Positions 26,059 through 38,839 of a DNA stretch of 64,000 nt are shown piece after piece (the stretch's first letter is position 1; every line of letters starts with the position of its first letter). Origin of the DNA: Cycas panzhihuaensis (lineage: Eukaryota > Plantae > Cycadophyta); contig CM041465.1 of assembly GCA_023213395.1 (NCBI GenBank), forward strand, positions 179,931,741 through 179,995,740. Direction: 5' to 3'. The notes under the pieces were generated by a model. It was not told the DNA's origin. It saw nothing but the letters and a program-made list of their open reading frames with translations, and made no database searches. Position numbers and translations under genes: made by a program.

Positions 26059-28630
26059 TGTCACAACTCTCATCATAAGGGTTATTATAATACCATAATA
26101 TCACCACCCTCTTGCTTTACATGAGGACTCTAACACAACAATATGACAATAATCTCCAAATATCACCACCCTCTTGCTTTACATGAAGGAAGCTCTAATA
26201 CAACAATATAATAGCGCTTTCCAAGAGTACTTAAGCTTAAAAGACATATGCAATAAAATTATAGGATCGATAAGCAACACACTGTGCCAATAATCTACAT
26301 AATTACTAATATACATGTGCATTCTATATGATGCCATTATGCAATGAAACATGCTTACAATGAAAAGATAATTATTTAGACATGCAACAACATCATAATA
26401 TGCAATATTTGATAAAATAAATGACTATTCAAAAATTAGATTAACATCGCTTAGTTTTATAAAAGTATCCATATAAATTCAAAGTGCGAGAACCCTTTCT
26501 TTTTAAGGAAAGCCTAAATAGCTCAAAGATATTCACCACCTAGCCAACTAGAAACCTATCATAAAAATTTGATACCAAACTAAGACACGTGACATGAATA
26601 TAAGAGTACTATTTTTTTAATACAAGCTTTTACAACTCCCTCCTAAACCATTAGAACAATAGAATAATAACTTAATGGTCATTGTGACAATAATAAATAA
26701 CCCAAACTAACTATATGGCTTAGCAATAACAACTTTATGATTCAATATTACACCTCATATATGTGCAACATAAAACATCTGTATATATCAGGCTCTCTAC
26801 AATGGAGACAATACCATCCTATGGCACCTTACCATATCAATATATTAAGCCCAACCAATGGTTTCATGCTATAATTGGCATCACACCATGTTAAAACTAT
26901 GTCCATAAATAAATTGTGGTAGTCATAACTCCCTTAGTATCACACCAAGACCTTTAGTATCATACCAAAATTAGGACATTACACTCACGTATACATTGTG
27001 ACACTTCACTATACAACTCCCCAAACATCACAACAAGGCACTATAGTATCACACCAAAGTTAAACAATCACACCCATAACACAATGAAAATCACCACATA
27101 AAGTATCATACTATAATAGTAGTCTCATACATTACCACAATAAAAACTATTATGGAATGCTAGTAATCAAATTATAAAAGGGCCTTTGCAGAATAAGCAA
27201 TATTATTTAGAAATCCAAAGATAAGAAGACTACCCTGTATACAAGGGTAGTCTCATCATATATGTGTTGCCAAAAAAGCCCAAAATCTAGAAATATGGAA
27301 TGTTGAAATTCCAAAAGCTAAAATGGCAAGAAACTTAAGGTGTTGAAAAATAAAAAATACTCAAATTATACACCCCTCTTAATTATAGTACAAGTTAATT
27401 GCCTCATGAGATTAGTTAACTTTTTCCACAACTTCATTTAATCAATGTAATTTAGAAGAGAATTTGAATAAATCCTTGATTCTAATCATGCTCTAAAAAG
27501 AATTAAACATATACATAAATGTGGATTCAATTTTCTCCACCAACCCTCATTAATAACTAGTCAACTCATTATAAGGAAATTAGATACTAGTCAAAATTTA
27601 AAACCTTGCCCCCTCAAATTAGGACATCACACTCACATATAAACTATATAACATGTCACTCTATAACTCCCTAGTGGGACACTAAGGTCTTATAATATTA
27701 CACCAAAGTTAAGCAATCGCACTTATAACACAATAAAAATCACCACATAAAGTATTGTACTATAATAGTAGTTTCATATATTACCACAATAGAATCATCA
27801 TAAGATGCTAGTGATTAAACTACAAAAAGAGCCTTTGTGGAATAAGGTGTGTTCTTTAGAAATCTAAAGATAAAAAGACTATTTGCATGCAAAATAATTG
27901 AAAAGCTTAAAAGATAGAATGTTAGAAAACCAAAAGATAAAATGCTAATAAAGTCAAAGGTGGTAAAAAAATACTCAATTTATGTACTCTTAGTTTTTAA
28001 TAAAAACTAATTACCTAATATGATGAGCTACCTTTTGTAGCAACCACCTTTGATTAATACAATTTAGAAGGGAATTAAAATAAATCCCTAATTCTAATTA
28101 TGCTTTAGAAAAGATTAAACACATATGTAAGTGTGGGTTCAATATACTCCACTAACCCTTGTTAATAACTAGGTTGACTCGTTAAAAAGGAATAAGACAC
28201 AAGAGTTAAAACTTAAAACCTCTCCCCTTAAAAATTCCTCCTTTGTTCATCTCATGTGTCCCCTTCATTTTTCCTTTAAGTAATCCATCCATAGTTGATT
28301 ATTAATGGGCTTCTTATTTACATCATTTATAATGCATTTGAGCACTTGTCCCCTTAAGATAATCATATATACATAGGCCTTATACCTCTAATGTTATGAA
28401 ATATTACACTTCAAATATGAAAATGTATAAAAATACATCCTTCACACATAATAAGCTATTTCAACATAAAAGAAATTTCTTGAAGATCATACTATAGAGT
28501 GAAATATTGTAATAAATGCCCCTTAATGTTATAAAGGAAGATGATTTCATTATATCATAAGATGAAATGCATGACACCAAGATGTACAATAAAATATACA
28601 ATAAGTATGTATACCAAGTAGAATGTTACA
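26059..28630. mobile_element. Probable gypsy solo LTR (about 2.6 kb) with internal duplications
   Basis: TGTCACA...TGTTACA termini with flanks TAAAG/TAAAA (4/5 TSD). Contains a 63-bp duplication (26098/26159) and a tandem duplication of about 645 bp (26969-27615 vs 27617-28230). Confidence 0.65.
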
Positions 28631-28949
28631 TAAAAGCTAAACCTAAAAGAAATGTTTGGTAATTAAGACATCATTTTGTGTAAGCTATCAAATATGTTAA
28701 AAGAATTAGTAGTGATCAACATAAAATGATGGTTGAATGGTTAGTGAACATGTGAAGCAAACTTATAAGTATTGTTCGTTAATAATCACATAACTAGCAA
28801 CCCATTCAAATGTTCTGTAAATGTGCGAATCTTCTTTTTAAAAAAGAAAAAAAATCTGACAATTTTAAAGTTAAAATATATTCATATATAAAAAATATAT
28901 AAATAATCATGAATATGTGTTGTAGTAATACCTTCTCGAACTCACAAGC

Positions 28950-30900
28950 CAACTTCAATAATTCAATAATAAAAGGTTGGAGACAACGCGAATGACGCGT
29001 GAGTCTCCTAAGTGCGAAAGCAACGTGGATTATGGATTAGGGCCACCTCCAACGTGCATGGAAGCTTTGATAGGACATTGGACAGATGTGGGATTGCCTT
29101 TACAGTCAAATCCAAATGTCTCCTATTTAGTGGCCCATGGTTGGCACTTTAAATAGTGGGCCCCAATTTCAGCATTAATGGCCATTATAACCAAAGTTCT
29201 TGTGGAGCCACTAATCCCAATTTATTGAAGGCGGGGGATTATCACCGGTACAAATATTCGAATTCAGTGCGAGCACGGAGAAATCCAATACGTGCACATG
29301 GAACGCCTGGTGACCATCTCCCAAAAACGTAGAAGCTCTGCAGCGGCCCCTGGATGACGCCGTTTAATTCGGATCTCGAACACGAATATTCGACACTTCA
29401 CATAATAAATCGCCTGTACCCAATGTTCGGAATTCTTTTCGAAACAGCTGGGAAGCACGGCAGCTCTCTGATTGGAGCATTTAATTCGAATGTGGGCCCC
29501 GCAGGTGCCACGGTAGGCCATGCCATGGTCTATTATTGGGGGAGTCCGACTCCATCTGAGGTCCACCGCACGTGTCCGCCACGTCATCACACCCGTGGCG
29601 AACAGAGGTACTCCGCCAAATGCATTACGATACAAAGTCCGTATCCACGTTGGTCCTTGCAGGATGACGTGGTTCCGACAGGAGCGAATGCGTGAAGAAA
29701 CGGTGAAGGACCGGGCAGAGGTACACCCAGCAGAGTAACTCGCCCGTATCTTCTTAAAGCGGCAAATTCTGCACGGTGCGCCTCTGGGTACAAGACCACT
29801 CCGTTCGGTCACCAGAAACTGGGATTACCCTCATTTTAAGGGTGCGGTTCCATGCAGAGGCTGGGGCTCTTACTTTTTGGAAATTGTAGTTCCCTACGTG
29901 CGTTGCAGAGAAACTTGTCGACCGGAGAAAATAAAATTTTATCATAGTTTCAGCGACTTAAAGGGGACTGAATTCAGTGAAAAGTGCCAAGGCGAGTGCA
30001 TGTACCGGTGGTGGTTATCTTATTTTCCCTTTCAGCGCCCCAAAAATTGCAGCATTACCGTTGAGACTTTTTCGAAAACCCCGTTCCATGGGACCCTGAC
30101 CCAAGTCCGCTAAGACTCCCGCTAATCTGACCAGCATTTAATGAGGCAATAATTTTGCACGAGGTGTTGTCACACGGCCACAAAAAGTAAAACAATAACA
30201 GATGAAATTAAACTTATTACAATACACAGCAGTTGAAACCCACATCATGAGTTTTGAAGTTAACGCATACTGTAAAATTATACGGAAAACCAGGAGTGTA
30301 CCGCTTTTTTTGAGATTATTGTAGTGAATTTCGATATCTTGCTGCTCTTCCGAAAAATAGTCCATCCCTTTGTTTATTTATTGTATGTACTACAACGAAA
30401 CTCCTTCCAAATATAATTTTCTGTGACAACAAAGCGACAAACATGTGGCGTTTGGGGGTAAAATATTCTGAATGAGATTTAACAGGGAAACATTAGGCAC
30501 AATTTGTGGGAAGGAATTTGAGCTGTATGACGACGAGGGAATGCAGGCAAACTCAAATTTAAAAAATACGCAGTTAGTTGCCTGTCTGCAGATTTACATT
30601 GTTGACGCTACAAATCCAAAACAATATTTCAGAGGACATAATTTAAGTACACATCATTTATTGATGATGATGGCAATAGCTACATATGCAAGCAAACCCA
30701 TTCCTTCCTTCCATTCGGCCATGAACGCAAACAAACTTACCTTTGCAGGCTGCATACATTTTTACAGATACACCAAACCCTGTTTGAACACCAAGGCATC
30801 GTACAAGTACAGGAATTTCCCCGCAAAGGACAGCCTCAAACGTGCCCCTCAACTTCCAAGTTCGATTAAGGTTTATGATTATACGAGTCTACTCCATACA
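28950..30900. promoter_or_regulatory. CpG-rich non-TE island with dense plant TF motifs; candidate unmethylated promoter or enhancer
   Basis: Abundant CpG against strongly CpG-depleted flanks. ACGT boxes CACGTGTC (29569), GCCACGTCA (29578), CCACGTTGG (29645), TGACGTGG (29665). TCP-like GTGGGCCC (29492) and GTGGGGCCCCA (about 29156). CCGACA (29675), CCAAT boxes and 11 GTAC cores between 29248 and 30810. Confidence 0.6.
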
Positions 30901-31346
30901 CTTTTTAGTTGATGAGCAACTTTATAATATATTTATTTTTATATATTTACAATGTTATTCATTATTCCCTTATCAATTTTAAAGCATATAATGGGATAAA
31001 TTTGTAAAACAAAGCATTGAAATATAATTCAAAGTTTTAGAAATCATTAGACATGCTCCCATAATTCCTTCCAATTTCATCTTAATAGCCATGTAATATG
31101 TGTAATAATTATAGTTTCCCTTTTCTCTTTAGAATTTTACCATTTTTAGTAATAAGAATAAATTAATGACAAATTGAACAATCTTTCTATGTCAATAGGC
31201 AAAGATGCACATCGTGCACACGTAAATTGCAAATCATTCAAACAATTCAAGGATAGTATCATAGTTTAATGTAGTAACTGTCATGAAAACATGATATGAA
31301 AAACTTTAACTCGAACAAAGAAGGGATGCCGTGTTATATGTTAGTA

Positions 31347-31430
31347 TTTATGCAGAGCATGGAAGGTGATGTTGTGAGTCATTGTAGAATCATTGGATCT
31401 CCTGCCATTGTCTTCCTTCCTCTGTCGTAG
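31347..31430 (+). ncRNA. Candidate miRNA-like fold-back (unverified)
   Basis: GCAGAGCATGGAAGGTGATG (31352-31371) pairs with CATTGTCTTCCTTCCTCTGT (31406-31425) at 18/20 positions, including 4 G:U pairs. The stem extends on both sides. Confidence 0.35.
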
Positions 31431-32289
31431 TTTGAATTACCCTCTTTTTTATGAATTCATCCTTGCTTGAAAGATAATGTAAAATGTAATTTTGTTCTTG
31501 TTAAATTGTTGATATGTTCATTCCATTCGGTGTAATTGTGGACATTTAATTTGTTGAAACTATTGCAATATCTATTAGTTGCACCCACCAGTCTACGCAA
31601 CATGGCAACATGTTCCACTAAGTTCACTATATTTTTCTCTTTTTGTTTTTTTTAAATTAATGGAAGCAAGTGGGAGGCCTGATTTGACACTCCCCACCGA
31701 AATGTCTTAAGGGCGCCTATCAACACAGTAATAGTATAATAATAAACAAATGCAAAATATATAAACAAAATCAAAACATGGCCTACATAAATCACACCCC
31801 CCTAAAATGACATTGTATGAAAGGTTAAGAAAAGAGATGTTGCAAACTAAATGGGTTTCATGGTAAGCTCATGCCTTATTCAAGAATATTACTTTTCCAT
31901 ATCAACTAAAAAGGTTCCTTAAGTAGGTTTCAATTAATGATTAGGTCTTTACAATGAAATTATTGAGGAATATTTGTATTATTAAAGCTACTTCTTTATA
32001 AAATAATATATTACTTTTATTAAAGGACATTATTGTTGTTGATATTATTGTTATTTAGCTTATTGCATATACAAAAGAAAATATTTAAATTCATTTTATT
32101 ATTTATCTTACATATTTATATATATGGGATACCTTTTGACACAATACACAGTATTGTTTAATACTGTCACATAGATTACTTATTGTTTCTTAGCTTCTAA
32201 GAATGACATCGACATGACACAGGTAACTGCAAGTACGCGTCACCATCTTCATTTTCCTATCACATTTGTTATTCTATTCTATGTGATGC

Positions 32290-34473
32290 ATTGATTGGTT
32301 GTTAGACGTATGCTTGTTTGACTTGCCTATGCCTTCTTTCATGCCAATAACGACTAGGACTCTGATTCAATGGTCTTAGAGTCCCCATGTCAACCCATCA
32401 GTTGGAGATGGTACCTCTCTACATCCCTTCAATTATCTTTTGGGCCCATTCTAATTCATTTGGCCTCATTTCCTTCCTATTACTATTGGTTGGTCCTTGC
32501 CGTAGGTCATAAGATTGACTTTAGAAGTTAGAGTGGCCTTAAGGTAGGGTTTGGGCCCCCTCTCCACAATTTGCTACTACACTGCTACCATTTTTGGTGC
32601 AGAAAGCAGTACCACAGAGCAATTTGCAATACACTAATTTATCCATGGTATGACAATTGTAGCTCCTAGTAATTGCTTCAATGTCTAAACAACTCTTTTT
32701 GCCACCTTGTTTGGTGGGCCTAGGGTGCCACATCAACCCAAGTCTACTCGTCATGCTTAGGGAACCTCATAGGACCTCCAATTTCATTCTTTATTCAATT
32801 TTTCTTAAGATTTGATTCTCCCTCCATAGCTCTATCCATAGTTTTGGGTAGTGGTTTCTCCACCTTGTGGGCATGAAACCACCACCCCATCACCTTGTTT
32901 TTTCATATAAAATCCCTCTAATTTGAAGGAAGATCATGACACGTCTTCTATTCTTCTTACCAAATCGAAATGCTATTAAAATTCTACCACAACAACCCTT
33001 CTATTCTTAGAATAACTTGCATGCTTTGGGAGCTAAGGTGAAGAAGTTAGAGGTCAACCTTAGCGCAAGTGAGGGAGTATTGGAGGGCTTCACATTAGGT
33101 GGCCATCACTTCATGTCTCTCTATTGGATTGGGCATCCCACATCTCACCTTGATTTGCCATTTTGTAAGACTCCCTCTTACCCTTCCTCTCCTTGCTTTG
33201 TTGTTATTTTGCTGTATAACTAGGATTGTTTGGGTTTGGAAGCTTTTCTTCTTTCATTACAATAGTAGAAGATATGATTTGATTTGCTTGGTCTTTCCTT
33301 CCTATTTTTCATACACCTTTATTAAGTTGCAGGTTCATGCAAAAGACTCTCCTTAATACAACTAAAGGAGTTGCTTTTGTAGGGAAGGCCATGCCATTCC
33401 GAGGCACTTTTCCCTTCCTTGCTTCATATTTATTTTTGTTGGTATCCCACTATTTGTCATATATACATACATACATGTTTCCTAACTATATATTAGTTAA
33501 CTTTTTCATGCAATTAGATTAACTGAAAGATTGTTATAGTAGTTCTTCCTTAAGATCTAATTTATAGGTACGAGAAGGAGCAATCTTCTACTATTCATAT
33601 TATGTTTTGAAGAAGGTGCAATTGCAACAAGGTGAGCACCCCCTATCTTTTCCACTTATCATTGTACTACTGTCTTACTTCCTTCTTTTATTACTTTCAA
33701 TACATTGTCTTTCCATTTGGGGTGGGTAAGTAGAGCCCCCTTCATTACTCTTCAACCGACAACACAAGTGTTAGAAAAGAGGGCAAAGAGAGGTGAGGAG
33801 GAGCAACATCACCAACTTTTTACTAAACCCAGGTGCACCTCTTTTCCTCTTCTCTTTCCTATTTCACATTCTTATTATTATTCTCACTCTACTCCCCATT
33901 ATAAGAATTTTGCCCCCTTATTATTTATTCTTTTTTAGTTGGATTATCATTAAAAATGGGAAATAAGGAAGTAGGGGAGGGTTTCTTACATAACAAAAAA
34001 TAAAAGGAGATTAATTTGTAAGAAAGGAAATAGGTTTTCTTTTCCTTTTTATTTTAGTAAAAGGAATATTGAAAACAAGAGGATATTGGGCTAGAGTTGC
34101 ATATAGGAAAGGAGCATTCATCCTTCCCCCTCATTGTTCCCCCCTTGATTGAAGCCATTTTCCTTTCCCTTAATTGACATATATGTTTCATTTTAGAAAA
34201 GAGATAAGTGAGTGTTGAAGGAAAAGAGGGTGAGGTTTCTTTACTTATTTCACACCTCTCTTTTATTTAATTTTTGTTCTTGTTCAAATAATGCTACAAC
34301 AAAACTTGACCATACCCCTTTTGCCCTACCAAGTGGGTTTATGCATATTCTATCTCTTTACCTTTTCTCTCTCTCTTTCTTATCTTTTATTTACCATATT
34401 AGCCATATACAAAGGGAGTTGACCCAATTATGGCCCTTTCCTCCAAAACCCTAAGCAAACAAAGAGGGAACGT
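32290..34473 (+). mobile_element. Decayed LTR-like remnant (unclassified)
   Basis: CpG-depleted, pyrimidine-rich and LTR-like, with a TATAAAA at about 32906. Cut by the LTR at 34474. Termini not identified. Confidence 0.3.
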
Positions 34474-35253
34474 TGTTAGAAAATAATATAAGGAGAGCAT
34501 AACGGAGTAGGTATATACATACTAATCCATCATGAGAAACATAAAACAAATATTATATTATTCAATACATATTAATAGAGTTCAACAAATATCCAAATAT
34601 TAGTGGTGTCTTAAAACACTAGGGTTTTTCACCCTGAAAATATATAGTTATGAGTGAGGAGGGAAACCTCCTTAATCTTTAAAATTCAAACAATAATAAA
34701 ATAATACCTAACTCAATTTAAAATTAACCTTACCTAACTTACTTTAACATATGTACACTCATATGTACTAAAGGTGGAAGTAGGGTGATGAACATTAACC
34801 CCAACATACTCTATCTTAATGGTTATCACCATCATTCTTCATTTCTCCTTGAATTTGTGGTACTTGTATTTAAAAATGACTTTGAAAACTTATACTTTAG
34901 TTTGGTAATCAATATGCTTGATATAGTAAATGGTAACTTACTTTGTCATCTTATCAACAATGTGTGTCTCTTCAATATCATGTAATGATGGTAGCTTGCA
35001 AGTAGGTGTTGTGAATATAGCTTAATTTATATGAATGGAAATGACTTTGTTGTGATCTTTGACCTTCATTTGAGTTTAAATTCATGATACATAACATCTT
35101 ATAAAATGTGACATTAGAATCATTATTTTTATTGAAAACTATACTAGTACAAGAAATAATAGACTTTTCTTCATATGGTACCTGCTCTACCATCTACCTC
35201 ATGGGAAGAATGTCATCAATGTAGTTAGAAATATTAAAATCTAGGGAATCTTC

Positions 35254-35520
35254 CTAATAAAGCAAATTTAATATATTCCATACTAATTTGGATGTAGTTA
35301 GTTCTGAAATATTAGAAAACACATTATCATCAATGCTATAAAATAAAAGTGCAAAGGCTTCATTTTCCCTTTTCAAGTCTTCTTTATTATTTAGTTCATA
35401 TCTGTCATTGATATACTTCCAAAGGTTATTAGAGATTGGGTATAGTTTCATAATGGCCCTCCAAAGCTAAGAATCATTACCATCAAATATTAGAAAACTA
35501 ATGTTGCTTGGATGTATTGC
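35254..35520 (-). pseudogene. gag: Copia gag N-terminal remnant
   Basis: IFDGNDS*LWRAIMKLYPISNNLWKYI...ENEAFALLFYSIDDNVFSNISELTTSKLVWNIL, typical of the start of copia gag (DUF4219/UBN2-type). Confidence 0.8.
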
Positions 35521-35683
35521 CATTATATAAATGCTTTGGTACATAATCAGAAATATGTCTTTCAATGAATGAGTAATCTTCAAGTGAAAGTATAATGAAA
35601 GATTTTATAAAGTCACAATGAGTATGAGAAAAGATGATTAATATACTTTTTTTCTTTTATTCAAGGAATAATTAAGCAAGACA

Positions 35684-35686
<3 letters not shown>

Positions 35687-35725
<39 letters not shown>
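35687..35725. repeat. (TG)19 microsatellite
   Basis: Direct inspection. Confidence 0.97.
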
Positions 35726-35726
<1 letters not shown>

Positions 35727-38700
35727 TCAAAAAAATGATACACACTTTTATGAAATGGAAATATGATTCAAACTTTCTTCAAATAAAAAAAGTGCTATAA
35801 TCTTTCTTTAAATCATAATAAAATAAGCAAATAAATTAATGATGGTCTTCTTCTTTAAATGAACTAAAAAATATAAGCTAGTATGTAAACTAATTCTTTG
35901 AAATTGATATATTTTGTAAAAAAGATAAGAAACTATATGCTCATTTTGAATATAATGTAATAATAAATCTTTTAATGCTTTGAAATTCAAACTAGTTTTT
36001 AAGACAAATAATTAATGAAGTTTTGCAACTATGCTTTGTACCTCTCAAGCTGACAAAAGAACTAGAGCCTTTAATAAAAATAAGATGTTTTCTTGCCTAA
36101 TATGCAAGATAATATGAATACCAAATTATTCTTTTCATAAAGCAAAAATAGTTATATGAAACTTAAAATTTATAAGTAGAATTTATGCTCAAAGTAATTA
36201 CAAATGCTAGAAAGCTATATGTATTTGATTTATAATATAAGAAATAAAATAGATTCAACATATATAATACCCGTTTGTTGAATTTACACCACTTAGGTTA
36301 CTTGAAGCTTAAGGTGCTAAAAATAATATCAACTGGCTGAAAAATAGCTTAGAGTATATACAAAGATTAATAATAACTCCAAGAATTGATTAGTAATAAA
36401 CAATGCTTCAAGTATAATCATTTAAAATAATGAAATGCTAAAAAATGTTATAAAACAAGCATATTTAAGTTTGAACATAAATCTTAATTTAATCAGCTTC
36501 AAAAACCTATAAAATAATATCAAAATATAATAAAACTAATTCCAACTTGTAGTACTCTAAAATACCTTTTTGATGAATTTGATGGTTCAAATAACAGAGT
36601 TGATATGACAAAGTTATTATAAAAAGCGTAAATAAGCCTCTTTGTGATAACAACTAAAAAGGGGGTCACTTTGATTAATTCAAACTTAGTTGAAATGAAT
36701 TTAGATTTAATAAGTAATAATACCACACTGTAGTAATATGAAATATGGTCCTAATAAGACTAGTTTCACTAAAAACTGATATGCCAATGATAAGTTATAG
36801 CATTAAATATGACATGGACTTTTAAGATAAAATTATAAAGAAAACTTTAATAAAGCGCATTAGCCCCTTTTGAAAAATAGGGTACACAGTCATGTGGAGC
36901 TAATTTGAACCAAAAAATAGCAGCAAACCTCATGCACTTAGCAAATGCTCATTTATAGGGTGAATATACCCAAGATCAAAAATAGCTTAAAGAAAGGTAA
37001 AAATAACCTCTCAATGTGCTTAAGACTGAGGTCGCATGAAAAAATAAAATAAGGGGCTAGAGTAAAAGGGGACTAAGCCATTTTATAATATGGATCTCAA
37101 ATGTACTTAATAATAATTTAATTTCTTAAAACTTTAGAAACTTTAGGTAATAATTCAAATATTTTTAATATATCAAAATATATATGAAAGAGAAAATTTT
37201 AAATGATCGTGGGCCATGCAACCTTTGCGAAGATGCAGAGGTGAAAACAATAAAAAATGATAATAAAAATTCAATTTGGAAGCTATAGAGACAAATATAA
37301 CTAAGGGGAAAGCTCAAATATAGAGTCAGATTGAGCAAAAACTAAGCAATAAATGATTTAAAACTCATTTTAAAAGGTTATATGATGACGTAGAGAGAGG
37401 AACAGTCAGTGATAAATTTGAGAATAGAGGCAAAATACAGGAGGGATGATCACTAAATATTGATCAAATCTCTTCTACTTTGTTCACGAAATAAAGACGC
37501 CCAGTTATACATACACAAATCATTAAAAAATTTTAAAAAATATTTGTTATAAATAAAAAAATGAGGAAAAACTAGGATACAAAGATTCGGTCGATTCAAA
37601 CTTCTCATTGGATATACAGATCCTCATAAAATTTGAGACATAACTACTTACATTTAGTGGCTCTAAGTTGGTGAAATTTCACAAAGAATGGTTGCTTGCA
37701 GAGTTAGAACAAAGCTATAGAGTAAAATAGGCTAAAAATAGACATATACTGACACCAAGAGTGATATCTCTTAATATAATCAACAAAAAATTGTGAGATT
37801 TTTTCCAACATCTAGATGACTTACTTACAAGCAGAATAAGTAGTCATATGCTATGGTTCTGAGCAATGTAGGAGGCACACTAATTGGTTCTAAATTGGCA
37901 AATAATGGCTCTAAAAAATAAATAATAGAAAACAATGTAGTATAATGCAATATTAATAAATATTGATAAATTTCTCTATAGTTTGAATACTCTTTGACCA
38001 AATAATATCAATTTGTACCAAATAACTGTGAAGAAGTATTATAACGTGTGTACCAAAAGCACTAAACACTCACTATGATACCATATGTTGGAAAATAACA
38101 CAAGAAGAGCAGAGCGGAGTGGGTATGCACTTACTAATCCATCATGAGAAACATAAGATAAATATTATATTATTCAATCCATATTGAAAGAGTACATCAA
38201 ATATCTAAATGTTGGTGGTGTTTTAAGACACTAGGGGTTTTCACCCCAGAATATATAGTTGTGAGGGAGGAGGGAAACCTCCTCAACCTCTAAAATTTAA
38301 ACTATGAGAGAATAGGCACAAGTACAGCATTAACAGGATCAATATAAGCAAGAAATAACTAGAAAATAATACTGCACAAGTACACATCAATTGACAGGTG
38401 GAAAACCCCTTATGGGGAAGGAAAACCACCTCCTAAAGTTCTTGTTTTATTAAGAATAGTGAGAAATAGAAACTAGGTATAAAAACCACCTAACCACATA
38501 ACCAACCTTTAATCAAGTATTTGGACAGACCTCCTAGATTCCTGGAACCATCTTCATGAATCTAAGAGATGAATAAATACAATAGAGGTTCGTTGGAATG
38601 CAGTTCTGCATTTCAATGACCATCCATAAATTAATTAATATAAACCTAAGTTTAAACATTATAATCACTTAATTACAATTTAAACATGTGACTGAATACT

Positions 38701-38839
38701 AACTTAAAGAAACATAAAGTTTACATTATATAATCTAACATTCCCCTTTAATGTAAACTTTTATACTGGAGAGAAAAGAAGAGCTTCATCACGGTGATCC
38801 CCCTTTGATAGAGACTTCTTTTATTTGTAACAGATCTCT

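Larger units (their letters stand above)
34474..38315 (-). mobile_element. Non-autonomous copia derivative with two LTRs and only an N-terminal gag remnant
   Basis: LTR 34474-34749 (TGTTAGAAAATAA...TTTAACA) is repeated at 38086 to about 38315. Decayed PBS ACTATGATACCA at 38072-38083. gag remnant at 35254-35520. Confidence 0.85.

Noticed and set aside
29264-29812. 182-aa minus-strand ORF starting GAPCRICRFKK, superficially like a LOB-domain C-block
   Set aside because: Lacks the CX2CX6CX3C spacing and the FAPYF/GAS blocks. Long ORFs on both strands are expected in this GC-rich island.
30472-30912. 146-aa plus-strand ORF
   Set aside because: No recognisable domain and no coding-like composition. 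Left unannotated pending expression data.
31350-31362. GCAGAGCATGG matching part of miR408-5p
   Set aside because: Only 11 nt, and the mature miR408 sequence (TGCACTGCCTCTTCCCTGGC) is absent from the other arm.
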